Positions 6,660 through 14,973 of a stretch of 32,572 bases of DNA are shown here, in pieces; position 1 is the first letter of the stretch, and the number at the start of each line of letters is the position of its first letter. Under the pieces are notes generated by a model, which worked only from the letters and a program-made list of their open reading frames with translations, did not search any database and was not told the origin of the DNA. Origin of the DNA: an uncultured virus (IMG/VR IMGVR_UViG_3300028586_000749) (taxonomy: Duplodnaviria; Heunggongvirae; Uroviricota; Caudoviricetes); IMG/VR virus record IMGVR_UViG_3300028586_000749; one strand, written 5' to 3'. Made by a program: the position numbers and the translations under genes.

Positions 6660-6872
6660 ATGACTAATTCTGAACAATATAAAGCTATTACCGACCCTTG
6701 GGATGGTTTTCCCGACACACCTTGGGTTCTAGATGGTTATAGCCTAGATGATGCTATTTGTGACCATATTATGATGGTACGTGGTCGCCATGATGGTCGT
6801 CATTTTGAAAATGGTGAAGATGCATTAAACAGTTTGCTAGAACTAGTTCGCTCTCGTAGATTTGATGCGTAA
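6660..6872 (+). CDS. hypothetical protein (leaderless)
   Basis: TG.TATGAT lies 6 nt upstream of the ATG. Confidence 0.75.
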   Translation: MTNSEQYKAITDPWDGFPDTPWVLDGYSLDDAICDHIMMVRGRHDGRHFENGEDALNSLLELVRSRRFDA

Positions 6873-7116
6873 TATGACTTTTTGTGATGTTTCGGCTTTC
6901 TACGATGATGTTTTAATGTTTTGGCGTTGGCATATTTCTTTCAGTAAAGATACTGATGTGCTAAGCGATGTTGAATTTGAGTACGGTAATGTGAGTTTAG
7001 CTTTAGACGGAGCTTTGTCATATGTAGATGTATTAGGTGGACCTTCATGTATTGTAAGGTCATGTAAAACTTTTTATACATATGATGCTTTTGAAACACA
7101 TCTGTCTACTATTTAA
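6862..7116 (+). CDS. hypothetical protein
   Basis: ORF overlapping the previous stop; exact start uncertain (6865 or 6874 also possible). Confidence 0.55.
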   Translation: MMRNMTFCDVSAFYDDVLMFWRWHISFSKDTDVLSDVEFEYGNVSLALDGALSYVDVLGGPSCIVRSCKTFYTYDAFETHLSTI

Positions 7117-7155
7117 AGCTAGCGTTTGATTATCTTTTATGATAGTATTGTATGT

Positions 7156-7425
7156 ATGAGTGATGACAACAAAGAAATCAACGACCTCACTGAGGTTATT
7201 AATTTAAATAAGAAAGCTGAAACAGAAGTTTCTGGTTTGACTGAAACGGATTTGCGTTCTTTGCTTCATATTATGTCTCATGTTAGGCGTTTAGATGCTT
7301 CTTACGTCAAGATGATTCCTTCTGTAGAAGTTTCTCTACCTTCCGGTTTAGCTGGTCATCTTGTTTGGAAACCTAAAGTTGGCTATGTTTTTGCGCTAGA
7401 TTTGGTTTCTTCTTTGAAGATGTAA
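7156..7425 (+). CDS. hypothetical protein
   Basis: In-frame ATG (MSDDNKE...) preferred over TTG 7126. Confidence 0.65.
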   Translation: MSDDNKEINDLTEVINLNKKAETEVSGLTETDLRSLLHIMSHVRRLDASYVKMIPSVEVSLPSGLAGHLVWKPKVGYVFALDLVSSLKM

Positions 7426-8041
7426 GTTCTGGCGTGTTTTCGAGCCAGTCAACTATTGTTGACATTGGCACTGGCGTAAAATCATGCGCGTCAACCCCTA
7501 CGTGATATTCGTAGGGGTTTTCTGCATTTGTTTTATTCTCTGAATGAGTATGCCCATGAATAAGAGGTTTACCTTCAAACTCTGGACGATACTTTTTATG
7601 CTTATCTTTAATGCTTTCATGTTGAGTTCTTCCATAAGGGAAATGTGAAAGAACTACTTCAACATTACCATTCTTAGTAGGAATATCCATATGATATGTT
7701 TCTGGTAGAATTTCAAAACCTACTTCTTCATATTTCTTCCACCATCTTTCAACATGTGTTTTTGAGTTACCAGAAAAAATCTTGTCATGATTTCCTGGCA
7801 CTAGAAGTTTAATTCCTGGTAGCCATCTGAAATAATCTAGGCTTTTTTCTGCATCCCCAAGGGCGATATCTCCAAGTAGGATAATTTTATCTGAAGGCGC
7901 AACAGTTCTGTACCAATTGTCACAAAGTATCTTATCGTGATGATTAATGGTTTTGAACTGTCCATGACCTCTTCCAAATTTGATTATATTTTCATGTTGG
8001 AAATGGTGGTCGCTTGTAAAGTGTATTTGTTCGGTATTCAT
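7373..8041 (-). CDS. calcineurin-like metallophosphoesterase
   Basis: SDHHF, LGD, GNHD, H and HGHTH motifs. Confidence 0.92.
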   Translation of the reverse strand: MNTEQIHFTSDHHFQHENIIKFGRGHGQFKTINHHDKILCDNWYRTVAPSDKIILLGDIALGDAEKSLDYFRWLPGIKLLVPGNHDKIFSGNSKTHVERWWKKYEEVGFEILPETYHMDIPTKNGNVEVVLSHFPYGRTQHESIKDKHKKYRPEFEGKPLIHGHTHSENKTNAENPYEYHVGVDAHDFTPVPMSTIVDWLENTPELTSSKKKPNLAQKHSQL

Positions 8042-8175
8042 AATTTAGAACTCGCTTGTTAGTATTATATAAAGCTAAGTATACGTTATTTGCATTATTT
8101 TTACAAGGTTTTGCAGAGATTATAAGTAGAGGTTCAGCCCATATATATTATGGTTGCTTTTGGAAGGGTAGTTCG

Positions 8176-8715
8176 TTGGGTTCTAGCGAGGGTTTGTTTA
8201 TTTTAGAGTTTTCCGATTATCCTCGTTTGTTGGCATTACGTGATGATGTTGTCCGTGAATATGATGCTATGGGGTCTATTGTATTAACTGCTAATATGCA
8301 AGTTGAAGTTTTGATGCGTGATGTTTTAGACAAAAAACGCCGCGCAATAGCTAGGATTGATGCTAGCTCAGAAGGTCGTCAATTTTTGTCCCATTTAGTT
8401 GAAAATGGTGACGTTGAAGAACTAGATGCAGTTTTACGTAGATTACGTATTGGGGCTAAATTATATAAACGTAGAATTAGCGTGAATAATGAGTTAGTAG
8501 AATATCAGAGACAACTACAAGTTCTAGGTGTAACAGGAAAAGACTATCGCGTTTTATGTGGACGGTATGTTTTTGGACGCATAGATGTTTTGAAGAAAAT
8601 GCATGAACAATTTAGCGAGTTGGAAGATAATTCGGTTGATGGTTTTGTTTCTTTAGTTTTGGTTGAAGAGTTAGAGTGGCTGCTGACAAATATTGTCAAA
8701 AATAGAATTCTTTAA
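8176..8715 (+). CDS. hypothetical helical protein
   Basis: In-frame TTG at 8176 after GGAAGG; the ORF-track start at 8056 runs through the divergent promoter region. Confidence 0.65.
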   Translation: MGSSEGLFILEFSDYPRLLALRDDVVREYDAMGSIVLTANMQVEVLMRDVLDKKRRAIARIDASSEGRQFLSHLVENGDVEELDAVLRRLRIGAKLYKRRISVNNELVEYQRQLQVLGVTGKDYRVLCGRYVFGRIDVLKKMHEQFSELEDNSVDGFVSLVLVEELEWLLTNIVKNRIL

Positions 8716-8779
8716 TGTTCTCAATATGTGTGCTATAGTTATTTTAGATGAAGCTCGTCACTTCGTTGTTCATTTTCTA

Positions 8780-8810
8780 GAAAGCCCCGTTTAAACTAAA
8801 CGGGGCTTTC
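8780..8810. terminator. inverted repeat terminator
   Basis: GAAAGCCCCGTTTA / TAAACGGGGCTTTC. Confidence 0.8.
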
Positions 8811-8895
8811 GTTATGTATTTGTGACCTTTTTAAGGGCCTTATACTTGAAGTCTTTTTAGTTTTTAAGAGATAATAGTTATAGGAGAAGATTTTT

Positions 8896-9624
8896 ATGAG
8901 TTTAAAACCCGCTTTTGTTATTCTTGCCGCTGGTATGGGCACACGTTTAGGTAAACCACATCCAAAATGTTTAACTGTTCTTGATAATGGTGAAACTATT
9001 ATGGCGCGTCAAATCAGAAATATTCGTGCAGCGTTTGGCGAAGATGTAGATATCCACATTGTTGTGGGTTTCCAAGTTGATAAAATTGTTGAAGTATTTC
9101 CTAAAGAGAAATATATTTACAATGCTCAATATGACCAAACTAACACTTCTAAAAGCTTGCTATTAGCTTTACAACACATTAACCATAAAAAGTATGATGG
9201 TATCGTATGGATAAATGGTGATGTTGTATTTGACAATGATTTGCCTTTCTACTTAAAGAATATTGTTAATAATGGGCAATCATTTGTCAGCGTTGATAAC
9301 AAGAACATTGGTGAAGAAGAAGTTAAATATACTTTAGATGCTACTGGTAAAATTGATAGCCTATCCAAAAAAGTTCTCATAGCAGATGCTTTAGGGGAAG
9401 CTGTTGGTATTAACTATGTTACTTCTAAAGATGCTTTAGAATTTTCCTACTTTTTAAAACATGTTGACGACCAAGATTACTTTGAAAAAGGAATCGAAAA
9501 ATCTATTCAAAAGAAAGCCCTAGAATGGGTTCCTTTTGATATTTCCAGCTTAGGTTTAAATGCTGTTGAAGTAGATTTCGGTGCTGATTTGGAAAATGCT
9601 AATAAGACTTTCTTTCCTGCTTAA
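8896..9624 (+). CDS. nucleotidyltransferase, LicC/phosphocholine cytidylyltransferase-like
   Basis: ILAAGMGTRL...PKCL, NGDVVFD, EVDF motifs; AGGAG RBS. Confidence 0.88.
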   Translation: MSLKPAFVILAAGMGTRLGKPHPKCLTVLDNGETIMARQIRNIRAAFGEDVDIHIVVGFQVDKIVEVFPKEKYIYNAQYDQTNTSKSLLLALQHINHKKYDGIVWINGDVVFDNDLPFYLKNIVNNGQSFVSVDNKNIGEEEVKYTLDATGKIDSLSKKVLIADALGEAVGINYVTSKDALEFSYFLKHVDDQDYFEKGIEKSIQKKALEWVPFDISSLGLNAVEVDFGADLENANKTFFPA

Positions 9625-9643
9625 CTAGGCGATAGTTTAAAAC

Positions 9644-10249
9644 ATGAATGACCTTGTTTTATTAACTAATGACAGAGTGGGTAAGGCTTCTGCTTTCCAA
9701 CTAGTGTATCAAGGTCTATATCTACATTATGCGTCATTGTGGGGGCCTCTGAGAGCTTCTAAACGTTTCCGCACAGAGGAACCCCTATGGCTTTTTAAAG
9801 TCCTTACACGCTGGTTTAAGGAATACGGCCTTAACTTTATTATTTTATTATTAATCTTGGCAACGTTCGCTCTTTATGTACCTCACTTAATAGTTTTAGG
9901 TTCAGCTATTAGTGTAGCTGCCTTACCTTTGTTAACAGTTGCACAAATGTTCATAGATAATTCAAGAAAAGATATTGTTGTTCTTTTTGATAGAGAAGCT
10001 TTATCTGGTCTTACAGTCAAAAAGTCTATTGATATAGACGGCAGAACAGTTTGGTCTTTCTATAATCATTTTGCTTTACCAATTGGTGATAAGAAGGGTG
10101 TATTTCTACGTTCTAGGTTGCATATGTTAGCATCAGAAAACAAAGTGATGCTAGTTTGCCATGCGCAAAGCAAAACTGTTGCTAAATACTATTTAGCTGA
10201 GAAAACTTTGGGTAATGACTTTGGCGGTTCTAGACCTTTTCTTCGCTAA
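9644..10249 (+). CDS. membrane protein with soluble C-terminal domain, possibly truncated by a frameshift
   Basis: Two hydrophobic segments; a second frame is open from 10234 to 10392. Confidence 0.65.
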   Translation: MNDLVLLTNDRVGKASAFQLVYQGLYLHYASLWGPLRASKRFRTEEPLWLFKVLTRWFKEYGLNFIILLLILATFALYVPHLIVLGSAISVAALPLLTVAQMFIDNSRKDIVVLFDREALSGLTVKKSIDIDGRTVWSFYNHFALPIGDKKGVFLRSRLHMLASENKVMLVCHAQSKTVAKYYLAEKTLGNDFGGSRPFLR

Positions 10250-10429
10250 GGAATTACACGATAGATGCCGATAATAACAATGTTACTTACAATAAAGAGG
10301 GCTTATTGGGCTTCTTTAAAAAGTTATTTGGGGTTACTTCTATAAGAAATTCTGGACAATTTCCGTTAGGTAATTTAAAAGTAGCTTTTTGATGAAAAGT
10401 ATGCTACTATTACTTTAGTAACAAAGTTT

Positions 10430-10519
10430 GGAAGCGTGGCTGAGTCCGGTTTAAGGCACATCACTGCTAATGATGCGTGGGTAAAACCACCGCAGGTTCA
10501 AATCCTGTCGCTTCCGCCA
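10430..10519 (+). tRNA. tRNA-Ser(GCT)
   Basis: GGAAGCG/CGCTTCC, CATCA-CT GCT AA-TGATG, long variable arm, G-CCA end. Confidence 0.95.
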
Positions 10520-10521
10520 AC

Positions 10522-10559
10522 AAATAGCCCTTCACATTAATTAATGTGAAGGGCTATTT
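10522..10559. terminator. perfect 38-bp palindrome, likely terminator
   Basis: AAATAGCCCTTCACATTAA / TTAATGTGAAGGGCTATTT. Confidence 0.75.
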
Positions 10560-10614
10560 CCTTAAAATGGGTTAGAAATATTCTTTTTGCTGTTTTTCCC
10601 GATAATCATATTGT

Positions 10615-11160
10615 ATGCTATCTCAAACACCTTCAACTTTTAATCATAAAGAAGTGACCTTCAAAGAACTAGATGAATTAAGTTCATTAGAAAAAGTTCT
10701 ATTCAACGAATTTATTGTTTCTTCTTACAGTCACATGGATAGCCAACGCCTTAGTTGGGCACCTTATAACGCTGACCAGATTTTCCACAGCTTAAACACA
10801 ACGTTTAAAGAAGATATCCGTTGGGTTATTTATAGTAAAGGTAGATTAGCTGGTTTCTGGTTTATTACAGAAAAAGATAACAACGAACTTGGTATAGAGT
10901 TTTATGTTTCTCATGGTTTTGAAGGTGGAGCATTAGATTGTTTCTTGTCAACGTTTTTCTCTCACCTTAGCCAGCAGGTTAAAAGTAACTTATTTTTGAA
11001 TTTGAATAACTTTTCAGACCGTCGTTTAAATTGTTTCCTTGATGAAGAAACTCTTAAAGTCGCAGACTTAAAACACGTGAATTGCCGTGACCTAAAATCA
11101 GAAATAGAAGACCCGAATTTTGAAATTCTAATTGAACAGGTAAAAGAATATTACCTGTAA
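10615..11160 (+). CDS. hypothetical protein, weak GNAT-fold resemblance
   Basis: WVIYSKGRLAGFWFI...ELGIEFYV resembles GNAT beta strands, but there is no clear acetyl-CoA motif. Confidence 0.6.
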   Translation: MLSQTPSTFNHKEVTFKELDELSSLEKVLFNEFIVSSYSHMDSQRLSWAPYNADQIFHSLNTTFKEDIRWVIYSKGRLAGFWFITEKDNNELGIEFYVSHGFEGGALDCFLSTFFSHLSQQVKSNLFLNLNNFSDRRLNCFLDEETLKVADLKHVNCRDLKSEIEDPNFEILIEQVKEYYL

Positions 11161-11216
11161 ATAACCCTATTTATGGTATAATTTAATTACAAATCAATAG
11201 AAAATGAGACAATATT

Positions 11217-11702
11217 ATGGGTTACTACAGTTCAATTAAAGAAACCAATCTTACAATTACTTTTCCTGCAAAAGAAAACCCCAATAAAGTAGAAGACCCT
11301 ATTTTAGTTGCGTTAAAAGAGCAAGCAGAAGCTCGTGGTCTTAAATTAATTGATGTCAATGATAACACTTCTGAATCAAACAAAGAGGCAAGCGATTTGT
11401 TTGACATTCTTAATAGCGAATTTGGAGATTATCCAACCATTAACTATTGCTTAGCTGCTTCTCTACAAGATAATGTTATAACTTTTGAACCTAATGAAGA
11501 AGGCAAACTTTACGAGTTAGAAAATGAACTAAAAAGATTAGGTGCACATGTTGCTTCTAAAAATGGAACTATAACTGGTGAAGTTCAACGTTCAGGTGAA
11601 GAAAATGGCGATTTAGAACGTTACTACTTTGAAGATAACAAACTAAAAACAGAAGGTGTTGTTATTATGTGGGCAAATAGTAAAAAACCAGTCGACTTAT
11701 GA
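11217..11702 (+). CDS. phage hypothetical protein (MGYYS...GEE.GD..RY type)
   Basis: ORF with own TG.TATAAT promoter; ATGA overlap with the next gene. Confidence 0.75.
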   Translation: MGYYSSIKETNLTITFPAKENPNKVEDPILVALKEQAEARGLKLIDVNDNTSESNKEASDLFDILNSEFGDYPTINYCLAASLQDNVITFEPNEEGKLYELENELKRLGAHVASKNGTITGEVQRSGEENGDLERYYFEDNKLKTEGVVIMWANSKKPVDL

Positions 11703-12187
11703 TTTTATTAGATATTGACGGGGTGCTAAACCCGCTGTTTTCATTTACGTTGACAGAAGATGGTTTTACTCCCTTTTCTAAAGGTTGGGCTTCCTGGTCT
11801 TTGAATTCTAAACTCCATTCGCCTATGCTTGAAAGCTTGGATAGAATTGACGACATAGTTTGGTGTTCTTCGTGGCTAGAAGAAAGTAACTACATTAATT
11901 TTCATTTTGGTTTAAGCAGAACATACGAATGTGTTCCTCTTAAAAATGAAGGTTTTATTAATATTGATAGTAACGTCCAAGAAAGCTGGAAGTTAAATTC
12001 TGTCAAAAAATATACTTCTTCATTTGAAGGTAAAGTAGTATGGATAGATGATGAACTCTATGATGATGCGTTTTTATGGGCTAACCAGCGTGGTTTAGAA
12101 AGAACATTACTTATTAAAACTAACCCAGCGCAGGGTTTCACCTTCAAAGACTATCAAAAGATTTTTGATTTTTATAAACAAACATAA
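11699..12187 (+). CDS. HAD-superfamily phosphatase, Swiss-Army-Knife RNA-repair type
   Basis: LLDIDGVLNP motif I, VWCSSW motif II, K, VWIDD motif IV. Confidence 0.8.
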   Translation: MILLDIDGVLNPLFSFTLTEDGFTPFSKGWASWSLNSKLHSPMLESLDRIDDIVWCSSWLEESNYINFHFGLSRTYECVPLKNEGFINIDSNVQESWKLNSVKKYTSSFEGKVVWIDDELYDDAFLWANQRGLERTLLIKTNPAQGFTFKDYQKIFDFYKQT

Positions 12188-12189
12188 TT

Positions 12190-12378
12190 ATGGATTTAAG
12201 AAAATACTCTAACGCAGAATTAGCTAATTTTGCTATTAACATTGAAGATAGTTTAATATCTTCAAATCATGACATTAGCCATACCTCTTTTGCACTTTTA
12301 ATACAAGATCGCGGTCATGTAGCCTCCGAAGTTCAACGTCGTGGGTTGGATTATAAAACGTTGTTACGTTCAATTTGA
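12190..12378 (+). CDS. hypothetical protein
   Basis: 62-aa ORF starting 2 nt after the previous stop. Confidence 0.6.
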   Translation: MDLRKYSNAELANFAINIEDSLISSNHDISHTSFALLIQDRGHVASEVQRRGLDYKTLLRSI

Positions 12379-12469
12379 TTTCAGCTTACATGTTTGCTAA
12401 GCTCTGAACATAACTAAAAGCATGTTTTCTCTGTAAGCCGATATTTAGGTAAAGGAAAGTAGAGGAAAC

Positions 12470-12664
12470 ATGCTAAACCCATCCGCCCCAAATGTAACAC
12501 GTCAAATTCATTTAACGTATGTGACAGATGACAACGGTGACATGGAAATTAAAGTAGACAGCGAAGGGTTTGACGAAGACCCACGTGCTGTATCTGTTTT
12601 CCTTTCTGCAACCATTGCTTGTCTAAGTGAAGTAGATTCACCTTCTGATACTTTAACTGAATAA
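12470..12664 (+). CDS. small acidic hypothetical protein
   Basis: GAGG RBS; CCGATA upstream. Confidence 0.7.
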   Translation: MLNPSAPNVTRQIHLTYVTDDNGDMEIKVDSEGFDEDPRAVSVFLSATIACLSEVDSPSDTLTE

Positions 12665-12708
12665 TACTGATAGTTATATAGGGAACTCTAAGAAGGACTT
12701 TATATATT

Positions 12709-13545
12709 ATGGCTAAAAAGGTTTTATACCTAGGTAGCGGCAAGTGGTGCTACACGGAAGCTTGTAAACAGCACGCTGGAATGATTGCTGCTAAAAATGC
12801 TTTCGTTGCTGCACGTAAAAGCGGCGATGAAGAAGCGCTTAAAGCTGCCAGCAATACTTTGCTTAGCTCACAAGAGGGGCGTTCTGCTCTAAATTATATT
12901 GTCGCACAAGATTTACGCGACAAACTTGGACGTGCACCAACTATTGGTTTAGACCTTGATGGCACAAGCGGTTCATTCACTGATGGTTTACGTTGGCACA
13001 TGGCAACCAAAGAACCTATTCGTATTCCTAAAAAAGAATGGGCACAAAGATTTCCTGACCCAGACCGCTACGACTACCACGAAGGTACCAACCCTTGGTT
13101 CACTTCCCGTGAAGATTTTGTAACACACTTTAAGGAAGCTGAAAAGCGTGGAGTTTACAAACAAATTCCAATTTATCCTAACGCTAGTAAAACTTTAAAT
13201 GAACTTAAAAATTTAGGTTTCAAAATTAAAGTTGTTACCGCTCGTAATGCTGACTTCAATGCAGATACAAGCGCTTGGCTTAAAAAGAATGCCATTCCTT
13301 ACACCGGACTATACAATCCTGGTCATGCTAAAGAGCAAGTAAAAGGAATTGACGTATACATGGATGATGCACCTGTTGTTATCAACCGTTTACTTAGTCA
13401 CCAAAAAAAGGTTGTTGTTATGACGCAACGTTATAACCAAGATGGTTTAGATGAAAGTGAAAACAGTCGTCGTGTGCAAGATTGGCAAGATGACGTTGTG
13501 GGAGCAATCTTTGATTTACTAGACGAAAACAAAAAGAAGAAATAA
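12709..13545 (+). CDS. 5'(3')-deoxyribonucleotidase-like HAD protein with N-terminal extension
   Basis: GLDLDGT, VVTAR, K, YMDD motifs; extra ~75-aa N-terminus with CxxxxCxxH. Confidence 0.8.
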   Translation: MAKKVLYLGSGKWCYTEACKQHAGMIAAKNAFVAARKSGDEEALKAASNTLLSSQEGRSALNYIVAQDLRDKLGRAPTIGLDLDGTSGSFTDGLRWHMATKEPIRIPKKEWAQRFPDPDRYDYHEGTNPWFTSREDFVTHFKEAEKRGVYKQIPIYPNASKTLNELKNLGFKIKVVTARNADFNADTSAWLKKNAIPYTGLYNPGHAKEQVKGIDVYMDDAPVVINRLLSHQKKVVVMTQRYNQDGLDESENSRRVQDWQDDVVGAIFDLLDENKKKK

Positions 13546-13570
13546 GTCTTCCAACCGATATACTTTAGGT

Positions 13571-14356
13571 ATGTCATCAGAAAAAACTTTATTTATTCGT
13601 AAATGGGAAAGAGCAGAAGGCAATGCGCCTTCTGCTCTTCTTATTCATGGCTTAGCTAGCTCATCAGGAACTTGGAAACAGCTAGCTAAAGATTTGTATA
13701 ACCAAGGTTATACAGTATTAGCGCCAGATTTATTAGGTCATGGTCGTAGCCCTCGTTCTACTGAATATTCTTTGGAAACTTGGTCAGAAGCTATATTAAG
13801 CCTAAACTTAGGCCAGCCAGATATTATTGTAGGCCACTCAATGGGTGGTTTAATTGCAGCGCAACTTCAAGAGACTTTACAAGCCAAAACTCTCATTTTA
13901 ATTGATCCAGTATTTCATTTACCTAAAACAAAAGTCCTTCTTCGTAGCGTGCAAAGTGGATTTGCCTCTGTAATGATTTATAAAGGTATAACAACGTTAC
14001 CTTCTATTAAGAAAATAACTAAAGCTAAAGATAATCAATCGCAAAGAGAACTTTTCCATATTTATCGTTGGGATAGAAAAGCAGTTAATGGCTTAAAACC
14101 GAACCCTAAAATAATTGCCAAACGGTTACTAAGCGGTCAAGAAGAAATCCTTTTAATCAGAGCTAAAAGAAGCTTTATTCTTCCTGCAAAAGTAATGAAC
14201 AGAGTTTTTCCTGAAAACGTAAAAGTTTCGTATTTTAATAATGGGCATAATATACATTTAGAGAATTATGAACAATTTTGGCTTGAATTAGCCCCTTTTC
14301 TGAAAGAGAGAATAAATAATGGCGGAAACATTTTATCCCCAGCGCCAACGCTGTAA
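13571..14356 (+). CDS. alpha/beta hydrolase
   Basis: HGL, PDLLGHGRS, GHSMGG nucleophile elbow, C-terminal GH. Confidence 0.9.
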   Translation: MSSEKTLFIRKWERAEGNAPSALLIHGLASSSGTWKQLAKDLYNQGYTVLAPDLLGHGRSPRSTEYSLETWSEAILSLNLGQPDIIVGHSMGGLIAAQLQETLQAKTLILIDPVFHLPKTKVLLRSVQSGFASVMIYKGITTLPSIKKITKAKDNQSQRELFHIYRWDRKAVNGLKPNPKIIAKRLLSGQEEILLIRAKRSFILPAKVMNRVFPENVKVSYFNNGHNIHLENYEQFWLELAPFLKERINNGGNILSPAPTL

Positions 14357-14858
14357 AACCTGTCGTAAAGGTTTTTCTGATACCATTTTAGCTGGTTTAT
14401 ACTGCTCATACCGTTGTGGTGGTTTTGCAGCCCCAGCAAAAACTATAGAGGAAGCACCGCGTTCTTGTAAACGCCAAGTTAATGATAGTTGGGGTTACAA
14501 AACGCGCTACAAATCTGAAATAGAAGTTCCAGAGAAATATCGTAGTGACCCTTCTACTAATATCTATTTATGTGATAATTGCAAATTTTATCATATAGGT
14601 CACTCTCGTCCTGATGCGACAGAAGTACCAAGAGAAAAACTTGTACGTTATGTTAAAGATGAAAAAGAACTTGGTTCGGTTATTGAAAGATATATGGCTA
14701 GCAGAAAAATTGATAAAAAAGTTTTAGCTAAAAAGCTGAAAATTCCTGCAATCCGAATTACTGAAATACATAACGGGTCAGCTAATGTAAAAGCATCAAC
14801 ACTGTTTACAGTTATGAATGAATTACGATTACGCATCGAAATAACCAGTCCCAAATAA
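14319..14858 (+). CDS. Cys-rich (Zn-binding) protein with C-terminal XRE-type HTH
   Basis: CxxC, CxxxC, CxxC+H clusters; LAKKLKIPAIRITEIHNG...STLFTVMNEL HTH. Confidence 0.75.
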   Translation: MAETFYPQRQRCKTCRKGFSDTILAGLYCSYRCGGFAAPAKTIEEAPRSCKRQVNDSWGYKTRYKSEIEVPEKYRSDPSTNIYLCDNCKFYHIGHSRPDATEVPREKLVRYVKDEKELGSVIERYMASRKIDKKVLAKKLKIPAIRITEIHNGSANVKASTLFTVMNELRLRIEITSPK

Positions 14859-14899
14859 AATAAAGTAGCCACCATTTATTATGGTGGCTACTTTATTTT
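14857..14899. terminator. inverted repeat terminator
   Basis: AAAATAAAGTAGCCACCAT / ATGGTGGCTACTTTATTTT. Confidence 0.8.
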
Positions 14900-14973
14900 T
14901 GAGTAAATTTCTGGTATGATTGTTGTTGTACTGTAGGTGATATCTATAGGACAACAACATAGAATATGAGAAC

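Noticed and set aside
10234..10392. Link between the 8-nt-loop tRNAs and the apparent frameshift in ORF 9644
   Set aside because: The break needs a -1/+2 shift, whereas quadruplet decoding gives +1, and neither CGGA nor TACA is in frame at the site.
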